Below, in pieces: positions 23,871 to 24,000 of a DNA stretch of 24,000 bases. Position numbers and translations under genes: made by a program. The DNA comes from Methylomicrobium agile. Its GTDB lineage: Bacteria; Pseudomonadota; Gammaproteobacteria; Methylococcales; Methylomonadaceae. The stretch lies in NCBI RefSeq assembly GCF_000733855.1, contig NZ_JPOJ01000001.1, forward strand, positions 4,054,128 to 4,078,127. The letters are read 5' to 3'. The notes under the pieces were generated by a model. The model was not told where the DNA came from and searched no databases. It worked only from the letters and a program-made list of their open reading frames with translations. Positions within the stretch are counted from its first letter, which is position 1. Every line of letters starts with the position of its first letter.

Positions 23871-24000
23871 TGAAGACGCGTTACACCATCGCTCTCGTCG
23901 GCAACCCCAATTGCGGTAAAACCACCGTGTTCAACGCCCTGACCGGGGCACGGCAACGGGTCGGCAATTGGCCCGGCGTGACCGTCGAAAAAAAAAGCGG
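23870..24000 (+). CDS. feoB: Ferrous iron transporter FeoB, N-terminal G domain (partial, continues past the window end)
   Basis: Hand translation [44 protein letters not shown] shows the G1 P-loop GNPNCGKT and the FeoB-typical [10 protein letters not shown]. Not in the ORF track because it is open at the window edge. Confidence 0.9.
   Translation, partial: MKTRYTIALVGNPNCGKTTVFNALTGARQRVGNWPGVTVEKKS

Noticed and set aside
1-24000. Search for tRNA, rRNA, CRISPR arrays, integrase or transposase genes
   Set aside because: I saw no cloverleaf-type T-arm motifs, no regularly spaced direct repeats and no recombinase-like ORFs. The only mobile DNA seen is the non-autonomous MITE family.

Overview
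GC-rich, proteobacterial-looking window that is essentially one iron-homeostasis island in three blocks. All family calls come from motif recognition by eye; no searches were run. No rRNA, tRNA or CRISPR was seen. Block 1 (1-14225, all minus strand) is an NRPS siderophore locus driven from Fur-box promoters near 7490 and 14320. It holds a partial NRPS that begins with a FAAL-T-C lipoinitiation module (absent from the ORF track because it is open at the window edge), a SyrP/TauD-type hydroxylase, a type II thioesterase and an MbtH protein. It also holds an HDAC-family amidohydrolase plus formyltransferase pair with visibly different codon usage, a decayed gene split in frame by a 278-bp MITE, a pseudoazurin, an IucD/PvdA-family N-hydroxylase, a PvdQ-type Ntn acylase and a secreted P-domain protein. 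Block 2 (14639-18853, plus strand) has a third Fur box, two small unknown ORFs, a PvdE-type ABC exporter, an OprB-family porin and a lipoprotein monohaem cytochrome c. Block 3 (19273-24000, plus strand) is the most interesting part: a translationally coupled six-gene operon ending in a P1B-type ATPase whose TM4 metal site is SCA (the P1B-6 signature, FezB-like). The ATPase is preceded by a cysteine-less HMA-like protein, a membrane-anchored DUF2202-type ferritin-like protein and three small single-pass membrane proteins, one of them Gly/Tyr/Pro/His-rich. feoA-feoB follow 16 nt after the ATPase stop. I read block 3 as a ferrosome-type (fez-like) membrane-bounded iron-storage system transcriptionally joined to Fe(II) import.
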